Positions 53,824 through 62,637 of a DNA stretch of 62,637 nt are shown in pieces. This DNA is from Sulfurovum sp. (GTDB lineage Bacteria; Campylobacterota; Campylobacteria; Campylobacterales; Sulfurovaceae): assembly GCA_020721815.1 (NCBI GenBank), contig DYMA01000001.1, forward strand, positions 1 through 62,637, written 5' to 3'. A program made the translations under genes and the position numbers. Below the pieces are notes generated by a model. That model searched no databases, was not told the origin of the DNA, and worked only from the letters and a program-made list of their open reading frames with translations. How positions within the stretch are numbered: the first letter of the stretch is position 1; the number at the start of each line of letters is the position of its first letter.

Positions 53824-55142
53824 TGAAAAAAATTACTACTATTGCACTGATTTTACTCAGTACGGTTCTCTACAGTAGCCAACTAAGCGACGCTTACCAA
53901 AAAGAATACACCTTTTTAAAAGCCCAAAAGCTCGAACTTGAAACACGACTCGTAAGCGAAAAGCTTCAGCAAGATACCGATGTGAATGCCTCAAAGCTCA
54001 AAATGGAGGCTTTTAGAGAAAATCTCATTGCCATTACCAATGAACTTCAACTCAAACAAGATGAACTCGAAAAAGCGACCAAAAAATTGGGCGACAAACA
54101 AGGCAATACGGATCTAACCTCCAATGTCATTATGCAAATGACAACCACACTAGAGCCTTACGAGATTAAATTGAGCGAAAACAATCAAACCACAAGCATA
54201 GAAAAAGTGACCAAAGCTTTTGACTCTGCCATTGGACTCTACTCAAAACTCTCTTCTATTGAGACTACCAAAGGAAAATTCTATCTACCCAACGGTTCTG
54301 TAGTAGAGGGCGATATTGTCAAAGTCGGTAACATCGCCGCTTACGGTATCTCCACTACGGCTACAGGAGCATTAGCACCTGCGGGTGAAGGGAACTATAA
54401 GCTTTGGAACGCTGCTGATAGTTCGGATGATGCCAAAGCCCTTTTTGCCAAAGAGATGCTTCCCGATTTGGATATTTTTGTCTATGAAAACCTTGACAAA
54501 GAGGTGGAATACCAAAAAGAGAAAACCTTTAATGATACCCTAGAAGCGGGTGGTAGCATTGGATACATCATCCTTGTATTGGGACTTTTTGGACTCTTGC
54601 TACTCGCCTATAGAGTTGTATTGCTCTCTCGTTCGGGAAGCAATGTCGATGAGATTACCAATATTGTCGTTGAAAAAGTAAACAATCGAGAGGGTTCGGG
54701 CGTAGCGCTTGAGGCTATCAAAGGACATGAGGGTTCAACGGCAAGAGTTATCAAAGCAACGCTTAGAAATATTGGCAAAAACAGAGAACACGTAGAGGAT
54801 ATTATTATGGAAAATATTCTCAATGAGAGTTCACGTATCGATAAATTTGGTAACTTTGTCCTCGTTATTGCTGCTGTTGCTCCACTGCTTGGACTTTTGG
54901 GTACGGTTACGGGTATGATTGCTACCTTTGATATTATCACCGAACACGGTACGGGTGATCCCAAATTGCTTTCAGGCGGTATTTCGGAAGCGTTGGTTAC
55001 AACCATGTTTGGTCTTATCGTAGCCATTCCGTTGTTGCTACTGGGCAACTTGCTTTCAGGATGGGCTCAAAATATCAAGGATTCTATGGAGCATAGTGCT
55101 TTACATATCGTAAACCTATTTGAAAAAAATAATTTAAGATAA
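53823..55142 (+). CDS. TtpC-like large MotA/TolQ/ExbB-family protein
   Basis: Signal peptide, a ~240-aa periplasmic coiled-coil and a C-terminal 3-TM ExbB domain (APLLGLLGTVTGMIATF...ALVTTMFGLIVAIP). Confidence 0.75.
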   Translation: MKKITTIALILLSTVLYSSQLSDAYQKEYTFLKAQKLELETRLVSEKLQQDTDVNASKLKMEAFRENLIAITNELQLKQDELEKATKKLGDKQGNTDLTSNVIMQMTTTLEPYEIKLSENNQTTSIEKVTKAFDSAIGLYSKLSSIETTKGKFYLPNGSVVEGDIVKVGNIAAYGISTTATGALAPAGEGNYKLWNAADSSDDAKALFAKEMLPDLDIFVYENLDKEVEYQKEKTFNDTLEAGGSIGYIILVLGLFGLLLLAYRVVLLSRSGSNVDEITNIVVEKVNNREGSGVALEAIKGHEGSTARVIKATLRNIGKNREHVEDIIMENILNESSRIDKFGNFVLVIAAVAPLLGLLGTVTGMIATFDIITEHGTGDPKLLSGGISEALVTTMFGLIVAIPLLLLGNLLSGWAQNIKDSMEHSALHIVNLFEKNNLR

Positions 55143-55146
55143 CATT

Positions 55147-55749
55147 ATGGGCTTTTTAGAACAATTTGTTACATTTATGAATGCGGGCGGAGTCGTTATG
55201 TGGGTACTTTTTTTGCTCAACTTAATGCTCTGGTACGGATTGGGATATCGCTACTTGATTTTGCAACGAGGCATGAAAGGCTCTGTAAGAAGAGTCATTG
55301 ATAAGCATTACGAAAAGGGTGCTACCAAAAAGATGAAAGGTCTCATCGACTACGCTACCGTTGATGCGATTACTGCTTACAACGAAGCCAAAGCCAAAGG
55401 ATTGAAATATCGCAACCATATCGAAGATGCTCTCTTTCCTTATCGTGTTGCCATTAGCCAATACAGCGTTATGGTCAAAACCATTGTGGTATTGGCACCA
55501 CTAGTAGGGCTTCTTGGTACTGTTATGGGGATGATTGAGACCTTTGATGCTTTGCAAAACAGTGCAATGTTTGGACAAGGTGCCAGTATATCAGGCGGTA
55601 TCTCCAAAGCTCTCTTTACAACCGAACTAGGACTCGTAGTAGCCGTACCAGGATTGATCTTGGGGAGAGTTCTGGATAAAAAAGAGGATAAGGTTGAATT
55701 GGAGTTTGAACAAATTACGGATGTTTTGTGTACAAAGGATGAATTATGA
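55147..55749 (+). CDS. exbB: ExbB/TolQ-family proton channel
   Basis: APLVGLLGTVMGMIETF and ALFTTELGLVVAVP motifs. Confidence 0.85.
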   Translation: MGFLEQFVTFMNAGGVVMWVLFLLNLMLWYGLGYRYLILQRGMKGSVRRVIDKHYEKGATKKMKGLIDYATVDAITAYNEAKAKGLKYRNHIEDALFPYRVAISQYSVMVKTIVVLAPLVGLLGTVMGMIETFDALQNSAMFGQGASISGGISKALFTTELGLVVAVPGLILGRVLDKKEDKVELEFEQITDVLCTKDEL

Positions 55750-56150
55750 GACTACGAAGCAAAAAAGATAGCGTGGACAATATTGATGTATCGCCATTGA
55801 TTGATATGGTTTTTATTCTATTGATATTTTTTATGGTAACAACAACATTTGTCAAAGATATGAAGCTTGACATCAATCGCCCCGCAGCATCGAGTGCATC
55901 ACGCTCAGATACCAAAGTCGTACGGGTCTATATCGACAGCTCATCGGAGATTTACATTGATAACCAACCCGTCAAATTGTGGGCTATCCAAAGCAAAGTG
56001 AGAGACTTGTTGCGAACAACTACCGACAAATCGGTTTTGGTGGTTACCGATACCAATATTCCTGTGGATGTATTGATTAACGTTGTCGATGAGTGCCGTA
56101 TGAGCGGTGCTAAAGATGTAGCCGTATCGACTACCAAAGAGATGGGATAA
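55746..56150 (+). CDS. exbD: ExbD/TolR
   Basis: IDVSPLIDMVFILLIFFMVTT, a TM helix with the conserved Asp. 134 aa. Confidence 0.88.
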   Translation: MRLRSKKDSVDNIDVSPLIDMVFILLIFFMVTTTFVKDMKLDINRPAASSASRSDTKVVRVYIDSSSEIYIDNQPVKLWAIQSKVRDLLRTTTDKSVLVVTDTNIPVDVLINVVDECRMSGAKDVAVSTTKEMG

Positions 56151-56156
56151 GAGCCG

Positions 56157-56795
56157 ATGTCAGCCACAATGTACAATAGCAATAAAGCAAAACTCTTTTC
56201 GCTTGTCTCTATGGGATTGGGGGCATTGTTGATGATGGTTTTGGTCGTGGCGTTTAATAAACCCGTTAAACAAAAAGAGGAAAAAGTCAAAAAAGAGATG
56301 CGTTATGTCAAAATGAACAAAACAACGCCTCCACCTAAGCCCAAACCTAAGCCCAAACCCAAACCCAAAACAGCTCCGCCTAAAGCCCCACTGCCCAATC
56401 TTGATTCGATTTTGGGTGGTATTGAGATGAATATCCCAGAGTTTGCTACCGATAATATTACGGGTGATGGAAGCGACGTATTGGGCGATATGGCTAGAGA
56501 TGCCGCTATGAATGAGGGAAGCGTTGATAGCAAACCCCGTGTAGCCTCACGAAGCCCCATGGAGTATCCTGATGATGCCATGAAAAAACGTATCAAAGGG
56601 TATGTCGTTGTAAACTTGCTCATTGCCATAGACGGAAGCGTCGAAGCTGCTCAGGTATTGGAGTCTAGCCCTGCGGGTGTTTTTGATGCGGTTGCGGTCA
56701 ATGGAGTGCGTAATTGGCGATTTATTCCCGCCAAATACAAAGGCAACCCCGTCAAAGTATGGGCAAAACAAAAAATTCGATTTGATTTTAACTAA
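56157..56795 (+). CDS. tonB: TonB energy transducer
   Basis: N-terminal TM helix, (KP)n rigid spacer PPPKPKPKPKPKPK and a C-terminal TonB domain (YPDDAMKKRIKGYVVV...KVWAKQKIRFDF). Confidence 0.85.
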   Translation: MSATMYNSNKAKLFSLVSMGLGALLMMVLVVAFNKPVKQKEEKVKKEMRYVKMNKTTPPPKPKPKPKPKPKTAPPKAPLPNLDSILGGIEMNIPEFATDNITGDGSDVLGDMARDAAMNEGSVDSKPRVASRSPMEYPDDAMKKRIKGYVVVNLLIAIDGSVEAAQVLESSPAGVFDAVAVNGVRNWRFIPAKYKGNPVKVWAKQKIRFDFN

Positions 56796-56806
56796 GGGAG
56801 TGTGAA

Positions 56807-58081
56807 ATGTTAAAAAAATATATACTATTGTCTCTCTTGGTTGGTTTGGCTTTCGGGGCCAATGAAGAAGAAGCCCCCAAAGAGGATCACTTAGCCATTG
56901 CAACGATGATGTTTTACGATGGCAAGTACGAAAAAGCACGAGGCGAACTCAAACTTGTAGCCAAAAGCCAACCCGACTTTGACAAAGAGAAGTACTACAC
57001 TACTGCCGCAATGATAGAACTGCGAAGTTCAAATTACGCACAAGCTGTTGGTCTCTTGCAAAAAGCCATAGAAGTTACCAAAAACAAAACCTTTTTGCCA
57101 CCGCCAGAAGTTGAAGAAAAACCCAAATATCTCTTTAAGGTATTTACCAAAGAAGAACCCAAAAAGGTAGAAAAAAAGACTCCTTTTGATGCCAAAAAGG
57201 TCAAACAAGATAAGCTAGATTCGCTCTATATCTACCTTTCACAAGCCTACTACCAAAATAAAAACTATTTAGGTACGATTGGTGCTTTGGACAATGCGGG
57301 GAAAAAGGGAGTAGAGAGCACTTCACTTTTTACGCTTAGAGCAGAGTGCTATTGGAAGCTTGAAAATCACGATGGTGCTTTTAATGCTCTAAGTAGAGGA
57401 CTCAATCACTTTCCAAATGATGAGACGCTTCTAAAGCAACGCTTCTACTACTTTGCCGAACTCAAACTCTATCAAGCGGCTATTGATGCTGCCAAACGTT
57501 ACATTGATGTAGCCAAGGGTTCAAAAGCCAATGAGTATATCACGTTGGCTCAAATGCTTTTGGGTGCTAATCAAAAAGAACAAGCCCTTACCATTTTGGA
57601 AGAGGCGAAGTCAAAATACCCCAGCGAGGCCAAAATCAGTATGCTTTTGGGACATCTCTATCTCAAACAAGGCATGCCACATACAACAGCCCATCTCTTT
57701 GAGGAGGCATCGCACTACGATAGCAAATACAAAAAAGAGGCCTCCGAGATGTATCGACGAGCCAACGATTTGCCCCATGCGCTCTATCTCAATTCTCAAA
57801 TCGGGGATGAAGTAGAGAAACTCAAACAAAAAGTGGCTATTTACATTGCACGGGGCGAGTTTGAATTTATCATTGGATTAAGAGATGCATTGGAGCGTTA
57901 CGCTATGTTGGATGATGATAATATTGCGTACGCTTTAGCATACTCCTATTATATGATCAAAGATTACGACGCAGCGGAGGAGTTGTTTAAGCAAATCAAT
58001 GACAGCGAACTCTTCTCAAAAGCCACCTTGATTCGTAAAAATATTGAAAAGTGCAAAGATAGCAGTTTGGAGTGTATATAG
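56807..58081 (+). CDS. TPR-repeat periplasmic protein (TtpD-like)
   Basis: Signal peptide plus multiple TPR-like helical repeats. Occupies the position after tonB seen in TonB2-type clusters. Confidence 0.65.
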   Translation: MLKKYILLSLLVGLAFGANEEEAPKEDHLAIATMMFYDGKYEKARGELKLVAKSQPDFDKEKYYTTAAMIELRSSNYAQAVGLLQKAIEVTKNKTFLPPPEVEEKPKYLFKVFTKEEPKKVEKKTPFDAKKVKQDKLDSLYIYLSQAYYQNKNYLGTIGALDNAGKKGVESTSLFTLRAECYWKLENHDGAFNALSRGLNHFPNDETLLKQRFYYFAELKLYQAAIDAAKRYIDVAKGSKANEYITLAQMLLGANQKEQALTILEEAKSKYPSEAKISMLLGHLYLKQGMPHTTAHLFEEASHYDSKYKKEASEMYRRANDLPHALYLNSQIGDEVEKLKQKVAIYIARGEFEFIIGLRDALERYAMLDDDNIAYALAYSYYMIKDYDAAEELFKQINDSELFSKATLIRKNIEKCKDSSLECI

Positions 58082-61000
58082 ATGAAAATATTTAAGATTT
58101 TTACCACCGTGGTGCTTTTGAGCCTATCGTTATTTGGTGCGGGTAGTGTTTCGGTTTTTGTCTTCAAAGATGGAAAGCCACTAGCCAACAACGAAGTTCG
58201 ACTTGATGGCAAAACAATACTCGCAACCGATAGCGATGGGGGCATAAAGGTAGAGGTTGCTACAGGAAACCATCAAATTGAGATATTTGGAAAAGATACT
58301 ATCAATTTGGGCTACTTTAAAAAAGCAGTAACCATCAAAGAGGGAAGAGATACGCAAGTCATTGCTTCCTTTACCTCAAGTGGTGGCAAAGAGATAGCCG
58401 TCGATACCCCACGAAAAGAGATGAAAAAAGAGAACAACGAAGCACAAGCCAAAGGCAAAGGGCGACTATCGGGTCGTGTCATTACCACCAACGACAAAAA
58501 ACCCATCGAAGGGGCTAGAGTATTTGTCAAAGGAACAGCGGTAGATGCACGAACCGATGCCAATGGAAATTTCAACGTTGAAGTACCTGCGGGCGTGGCT
58601 TTGAGTCTCTCGGTGGTTCACTCTGCTTATAGCTCACAAACCAAAGGGGGCATTACAGTACCCGTAAACGGCACAGGTTCTGTCACTATTGGACTCACTC
58701 CTGCAAGTATGGAACTTGAAGAGTTTGTCGTTTTGGCTCCCAAAGTAGAGGGAAGCATTGCCGATATGATGCTAGAAGAGAAAAAATCAAACGCTATTGC
58801 CAATATCTTAGGCTCTGAAGAGTTTTCTAAAAAGGGTGATAGTTCGGCCGCAGGTGCATTAAAGAGGGTTACGGGTATTACACTCGTGGGTGGAAAAAAT
58901 ATCTATATTCGTGGATTGGGTGAGCGATACTCCAATATCGAGCTAAACTCTATGCCTGTCCCTTCGCCAGACCCTACCAAACGGGTTGTGCCTCTTGATA
59001 TTTTCCCATCAAGCGTCATTGGCTCACTCAAAGTTCAAAAAAGTGCATCGGCTGATGTTCCCAGTAGCTTTGGGGGTGGATACATCGATATCCGAACCAA
59101 AGATAAATCAAAAGATAAATACATCTCTATCTCATTGGGTGCAAAAGGCAACAGTGATTTGGGTTCAACAGTCAATGACTATCAAGGCGGTGGTAGCGAT
59201 TGGAGTGGATACGACGATGGGTACAGAGATATTCCACAAGCCATTCTTGATGCAATGAAAATCGAAGTAGGCAAGAGAGTTCCTGCTTTTACAACCGATT
59301 ACTTTACCAAAGAGGAGTTGTCACAATTTACACGAGACTATTTGAGTAGAAATTACAATATTACCCAAAAAAATCTCCCCATGGGGTACAGTGTCGCCGT
59401 TGAGGCTGCCACCAACTACACCATCAAAGAGGATCATAAAATCGATATTTTTGCCAACTATCGATACTCCCAAGAACATGATTATGTCGAGGAGAAGTAT
59501 TTTGGGTACGATATGACCATGGAAGGCGTTCTCAATACTACGCCCGATAAAAACGGTACAAACTCAAAAAGCAACTCAAAATATTCTCATGGGGGTATTT
59601 TGAATATCGGTTACAACTATTTGGATATACTCAAACTTAAATATACCAAACTCTATACACTCAACGCACTCAAATCGACACGGATTGTTGATGGTATTAT
59701 GGGTTCAAACTACGACCATCTTACAAAGTACTATTTGGATTGGGAAGAGAGAGAACTCAATGTTGATCAAATCAACGGTGAATTTAACTACAAAATCTTC
59801 AATATGGGTTCAGCCTTTGAGTTTGGTTTGGAGCGTGCAAAAGCCAATCTCAATCAACCCAACAACTTCCATTATGCCTACATCAATCTCAACGATACGA
59901 CCATTTTGGATAACTACATCTCAAACCATATCGCCAACCAACTTAGCTCTACCGATGATTTGGACGCTATGTATCTTAAAAATAAACACTTTATTGATTG
60001 GTACTCCAAAGAGGATTATGTTGAGTACGGCTTTTCCTACTCATCCAAAGAGCGTATCTCAAGACAAAACAAGTTCTTCTTACGAAAATTGGGGGGAAGA
60101 GATGTGGAAGATAGCGATTTTGATGGTGATATCGAATCGATTTACGATGCCTATGTGCGTGGCGAGATTGACTACGACGAGAGACCCTTTATCGTAAGCC
60201 CTCTCTTCAAGGCAGCCGATTATTTTGATGCACAAGTTGATGATAAGAGCTACTTTTTAAATACCCTCATCAAACCCAATGATAAATTGGAGATTTTGGC
60301 TGGTGTTCGCTATGTTGATTTCAAACAAACCATCTATCAATACAAAGAAGATCGTGAAAATGAGGATATGACAAAAAGAAAACTCATTGAGCGTATCCCC
60401 GAAGATTTGGCGATTGAAGATTGGTATCCTAGCTTAAGTGTGAAGTACAAGCTTAACGAAAAGCACCACTTTGACGTTGCATTTTCAAAAACTTATATTG
60501 TACCTGACTTAAGAGAGTTTACCGATGGAGAGTATTTTCACCCCTATGATGTTGCTACAGTACTAGGAAATCCAGAACTTGAAAATACAGATATATACAG
60601 CATAGACCTTAAATACAGCTACTTTATATCCGATAAAGAAGCGGTAAAATTTGGACTATTTTACAAATACCTCGAAAAACCTATTGAGGATGTTATGATA
60701 CCATCTAGCTCTTTGCCTATTTATGGCTTTGATAATGCCCAAAGTGCGACACTTTATGGTGTAGAAGTTGATGGAAGAAAAGATTTGGATTTTATCTCCA
60801 AATCACTTAAAAACTATTATATATCGGGCAACTTCTCTTATACCGATTCAGACGTAACGCTAAGAGAAGAGCAATTAGAAACCTATACGACCAATCATAG
60901 ACAACTTCAAGGGCTTTCACAAACCGTATTTAACCTTACGTTGGGATACGAAAACGACAATCGCTCCATAGCGTTGTCTTACAATAAAATGGGTGAACGT

Positions 61001-61231
61001 ATCCGAAAAGTCGGTATGATTGATGGGAACTACAAATATCCTGATTATTTCGAGATACCGCCTCATCTTCTTGATTTTGTATGGATTGAGAAGTTCAATA
61101 GTGGCTTAACACTTAAGTTGAAGCTGGGCAATATCATAGACGACGAGACCGTTTGGAAGCAAGGGGATAATGTAATACAGCAGTTTAAGAGCGGAAGGGA
61201 TTACAGTTTCGATATCTCCTACAAATTTTAG
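58082..61231 (+). CDS. TonB-dependent outer-membrane receptor with two N-terminal carboxypeptidase-regulatory-like domains
   Basis: Signal peptide and two Ig-like CarbopepD_reg repeats. Plug domain (LEEFVVLAP TonB box, IYIRGLGERYSNIELNSMPVPSP) and a long beta-barrel ending in the aromatic ...ISYKF. Confidence 0.85.
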   Translation: MKIFKIFTTVVLLSLSLFGAGSVSVFVFKDGKPLANNEVRLDGKTILATDSDGGIKVEVATGNHQIEIFGKDTINLGYFKKAVTIKEGRDTQVIASFTSSGGKEIAVDTPRKEMKKENNEAQAKGKGRLSGRVITTNDKKPIEGARVFVKGTAVDARTDANGNFNVEVPAGVALSLSVVHSAYSSQTKGGITVPVNGTGSVTIGLTPASMELEEFVVLAPKVEGSIADMMLEEKKSNAIANILGSEEFSKKGDSSAAGALKRVTGITLVGGKNIYIRGLGERYSNIELNSMPVPSPDPTKRVVPLDIFPSSVIGSLKVQKSASADVPSSFGGGYIDIRTKDKSKDKYISISLGAKGNSDLGSTVNDYQGGGSDWSGYDDGYRDIPQAILDAMKIEVGKRVPAFTTDYFTKEELSQFTRDYLSRNYNITQKNLPMGYSVAVEAATNYTIKEDHKIDIFANYRYSQEHDYVEEKYFGYDMTMEGVLNTTPDKNGTNSKSNSKYSHGGILNIGYNYLDILKLKYTKLYTLNALKSTRIVDGIMGSNYDHLTKYYLDWEERELNVDQINGEFNYKIFNMGSAFEFGLERAKANLNQPNNFHYAYINLNDTTILDNYISNHIANQLSSTDDLDAMYLKNKHFIDWYSKEDYVEYGFSYSSKERISRQNKFFLRKLGGRDVEDSDFDGDIESIYDAYVRGEIDYDERPFIVSPLFKAADYFDAQVDDKSYFLNTLIKPNDKLEILAGVRYVDFKQTIYQYKEDRENEDMTKRKLIERIPEDLAIEDWYPSLSVKYKLNEKHHFDVAFSKTYIVPDLREFTDGEYFHPYDVATVLGNPELENTDIYSIDLKYSYFISDKEAVKFGLFYKYLEKPIEDVMIPSSSLPIYGFDNAQSATLYGVEVDGRKDLDFISKSLKNYYISGNFSYTDSDVTLREEQLETYTTNHRQLQGLSQTVFNLTLGYENDNRSIALSYNKMGERIRKVGMIDGNYKYPDYFEIPPHLLDFVWIEKFNSGLTLKLKLGNIIDDETVWKQGDNVIQQFKSGRDYSFDISYKF

Positions 61232-61233
61232 GG

Positions 61234-61929
61234 ATGACAATGCAAAATGTCATCACTCCCTCAATCACGATTTTGGTGGTAGAGGATGATGAGGAGATGC
61301 TTGAATTTGAGCGTACCCTCCTTGAAAAAGAAGGCTTTAGTGTTGTTGAATGCGTTTCGACAAAGGGAGTCTATGCCCAAATTCAGCAACAAACGATAGA
61401 CCTTATTGTGATAGATAGAACCTTGCCCAATCTTGATGGTGTCAATTTTGTACGCTTTTTGAGAGACAATGGTGTTCAAATACCAATTATCTTTGTCACC
61501 GACAAAAGCACAGATAGCGAAGTCGAAGAGGGCTTTGAATCGGGTTGCGATGATTACCTCAAAAAACCTTTCAATCCCAAAGAGTTTATCTATCGTATCA
61601 AATCTCTGCTCAAACGCAACCATTTTCGTGAGCAAAAGAGAGTGAGTTACCGTGATATTACGCTTGATCTTAACAATCGAAAAGTCTATGTAGCCGCCCA
61701 AGAGGTAAGCCTTACAAAATTGGAATTTAATCTGCTTAGCTTTTTTATTCAAAATAAAAACTCCATTTTGGAGCGTGATTATCTGCTTCATCATGTATGG
61801 AGAGACAAAAGCGATGCACAAAAACGCAAAGTCAATGTCACCATCAACCGCCTTCGTAACAAAATCGACCCCGATAACACCAAACACTACATCGAACCCA
61901 TTTGGGGTATCGGGTATAAATTTATTTAA
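61234..61929 (+). CDS. OmpR/PhoB-family response regulator with no adjacent kinase
   Basis: REC (VVEDDEE, DLIVIDRTLPNLDG, YLKKPF) plus a winged helix (TKLEFNLLSFF...IWGIGYKF). Starts 3 nt after the receptor gene. Confidence 0.88.
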   Translation: MTMQNVITPSITILVVEDDEEMLEFERTLLEKEGFSVVECVSTKGVYAQIQQQTIDLIVIDRTLPNLDGVNFVRFLRDNGVQIPIIFVTDKSTDSEVEEGFESGCDDYLKKPFNPKEFIYRIKSLLKRNHFREQKRVSYRDITLDLNNRKVYVAAQEVSLTKLEFNLLSFFIQNKNSILERDYLLHHVWRDKSDAQKRKVNVTINRLRNKIDPDNTKHYIEPIWGIGYKFI

Positions 61930-61937
61930 AAGATAGC

Positions 61938-62432
61938 TCAATAGCCTCGCTTGATGTTGTAAACATGACTTAGCGTATAGACTTGATAACGTGCAGGTTC
62001 ACCAGAGCCCATACCACGATAGCTAAGCATCAAGGCTTTACGACGCTCCAAATCAATCCAACCTATAAAGATACCACTATGCTCAACCCCCCTGTACTCA
62101 TGGTTGATATGATAAAGCCAATCGCCCGATTCAATGCTATAGATAGGGGCATAAGGACCACTTTTGCCCCCCTTGAAGATGGTTTGTTTTTTGTATCCAT
62201 AGCCTGACCGAATATAGATAGCATTAATATAATCCCAACATGAACCACGAACCACTTTAGGGTTTGCGTAGGACATGGAGTGAGCGGTACTCAAAACCCT
62301 TTTGCCTACGGGCGTGGCGTGTTTCATTGCTTTATTAATGGTAGGCAGATACTCTTTTGGTACACTTCTAGGCCTTGAGGAGCAAGACAACAGCAAAATA
62401 AGACTTAAACCAATCAATCCATAACGCATCAT
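61938..62432 (-). CDS. Lipoprotein with a NlpC/P60-like Cys/His signature
   Basis: Lipobox LLLSCSS. GSCWDYINAIY (Cys) and SGDWLYHINHEYRGVEHSGIFIGW (His) resemble NlpC/P60. Start set at the MMRYGLIG methionines. Confidence 0.45.
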   Translation of the reverse strand: MMRYGLIGLSLILLLSCSSRPRSVPKEYLPTINKAMKHATPVGKRVLSTAHSMSYANPKVVRGSCWDYINAIYIRSGYGYKKQTIFKGGKSGPYAPIYSIESGDWLYHINHEYRGVEHSGIFIGWIDLERRKALMLSYRGMGSGEPARYQVYTLSHVYNIKRGY

Positions 62433-62637
62433 AACAACACCCCTTTGTTTCGCAATCAAAAAAAATATTATACACTATTTCAATTACACTGCAAGATAAT
62501 ATCTATTTATAACTATTTTTTATTTATTTATATTAATAACACTTATTTTAAAATATAAATATGTTAAAATTTCACTATTCATTAGTAACCACTCACCCCA
62601 TCACCTAAGCCAAAATTAAAGTAAAAAACCTCTAAAA

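Noticed and set aside
56328-56395. Lys-Pro dipeptide repeat DNA in tonB as a variable tandem repeat.
   Set aside because: (KP)n/(EP)n spacers are the normal rigid linker of TonB proteins. The DNA units are short and imperfect.
62460-62637. Very AT-rich right-hand end with short runs such as TTATTTATTTAT, as a possible origin or repeat element.
   Set aside because: No DnaA-box-like 9-mers, iterons or longer repeats were visible. It is most simply the promoter region of the minus-strand lipoprotein gene and is truncated by the window edge.

Overview
AT-rich chromosomal segment that looks like a Campylobacterota (epsilonproteobacterial) genome. The taxon call is inference from gene content: hisZ-purA adjacency, a dihaem cytochrome c1 in petABC, a long-form QueD, and extended -10 TGnTAnnnT promoters. 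No rRNA, tRNA, CRISPR array, integrase or transposase was found.

Layout:
- 1-18.4 kb: housekeeping genes. These are an OmpR/HK two-component pair, a TRASH/NosL-like protein, a class V aminotransferase, hisZ-purA, DUF507, carA, an Rpn-type nuclease, a PHP histidinol phosphatase, petABC, nnr, vapBC, cytochrome c553, queD and coaX-hisG.
- 18.4-37.4 kb: one continuous minus-strand glycogen plus Embden-Meyerhof supercluster. Its order is pgi-pfkA-pyk-NTP-transferase fusion | repeat | GH57-galT-glgA-glk-glgP-mgtE-pgm-DUF4912-GH57 branching enzyme.
- 37.8-46.6 kb: a 13-gene Mrp-antiporter/NuoBCDHI-like membrane oxidoreductase cluster of the Mbh/Mbx type. Its catalytic subunit keeps only three of the four [NiFe] cysteine positions.
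- 47.0-49.0 kb: a third GH57 enzyme, a Thermococcales-like 4-alpha-glucanotransferase, transcribed divergently from that cluster.
- 49.3-62.5 kb: a decayed DUF4160/DUF2442 pair, an MnmD-like methyltransferase, and a TonB2-type uptake locus. The locus comprises an internally duplicated beta-helix-like lipoprotein, TtpB/TtpC/ExbB/ExbD/TonB/TPR, a 1049-aa TonB-dependent receptor and an orphan OmpR-type regulator. A NlpC/P60-like lipoprotein follows.

Four copies of a nested palindromic repeat family sit exactly at the module boundaries. An inverted pair brackets the Mbx-like cluster, and a direct pair brackets the larger 18-kb block.

The most interesting candidate is the Mbx-like complex with a hybrid hydrogenase/NuoD active-site signature, embedded in and repeat-bracketed within the glycogen/glycolysis locus.

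All calls come from reading the translated ORFs and the DNA by eye. No database search was run.
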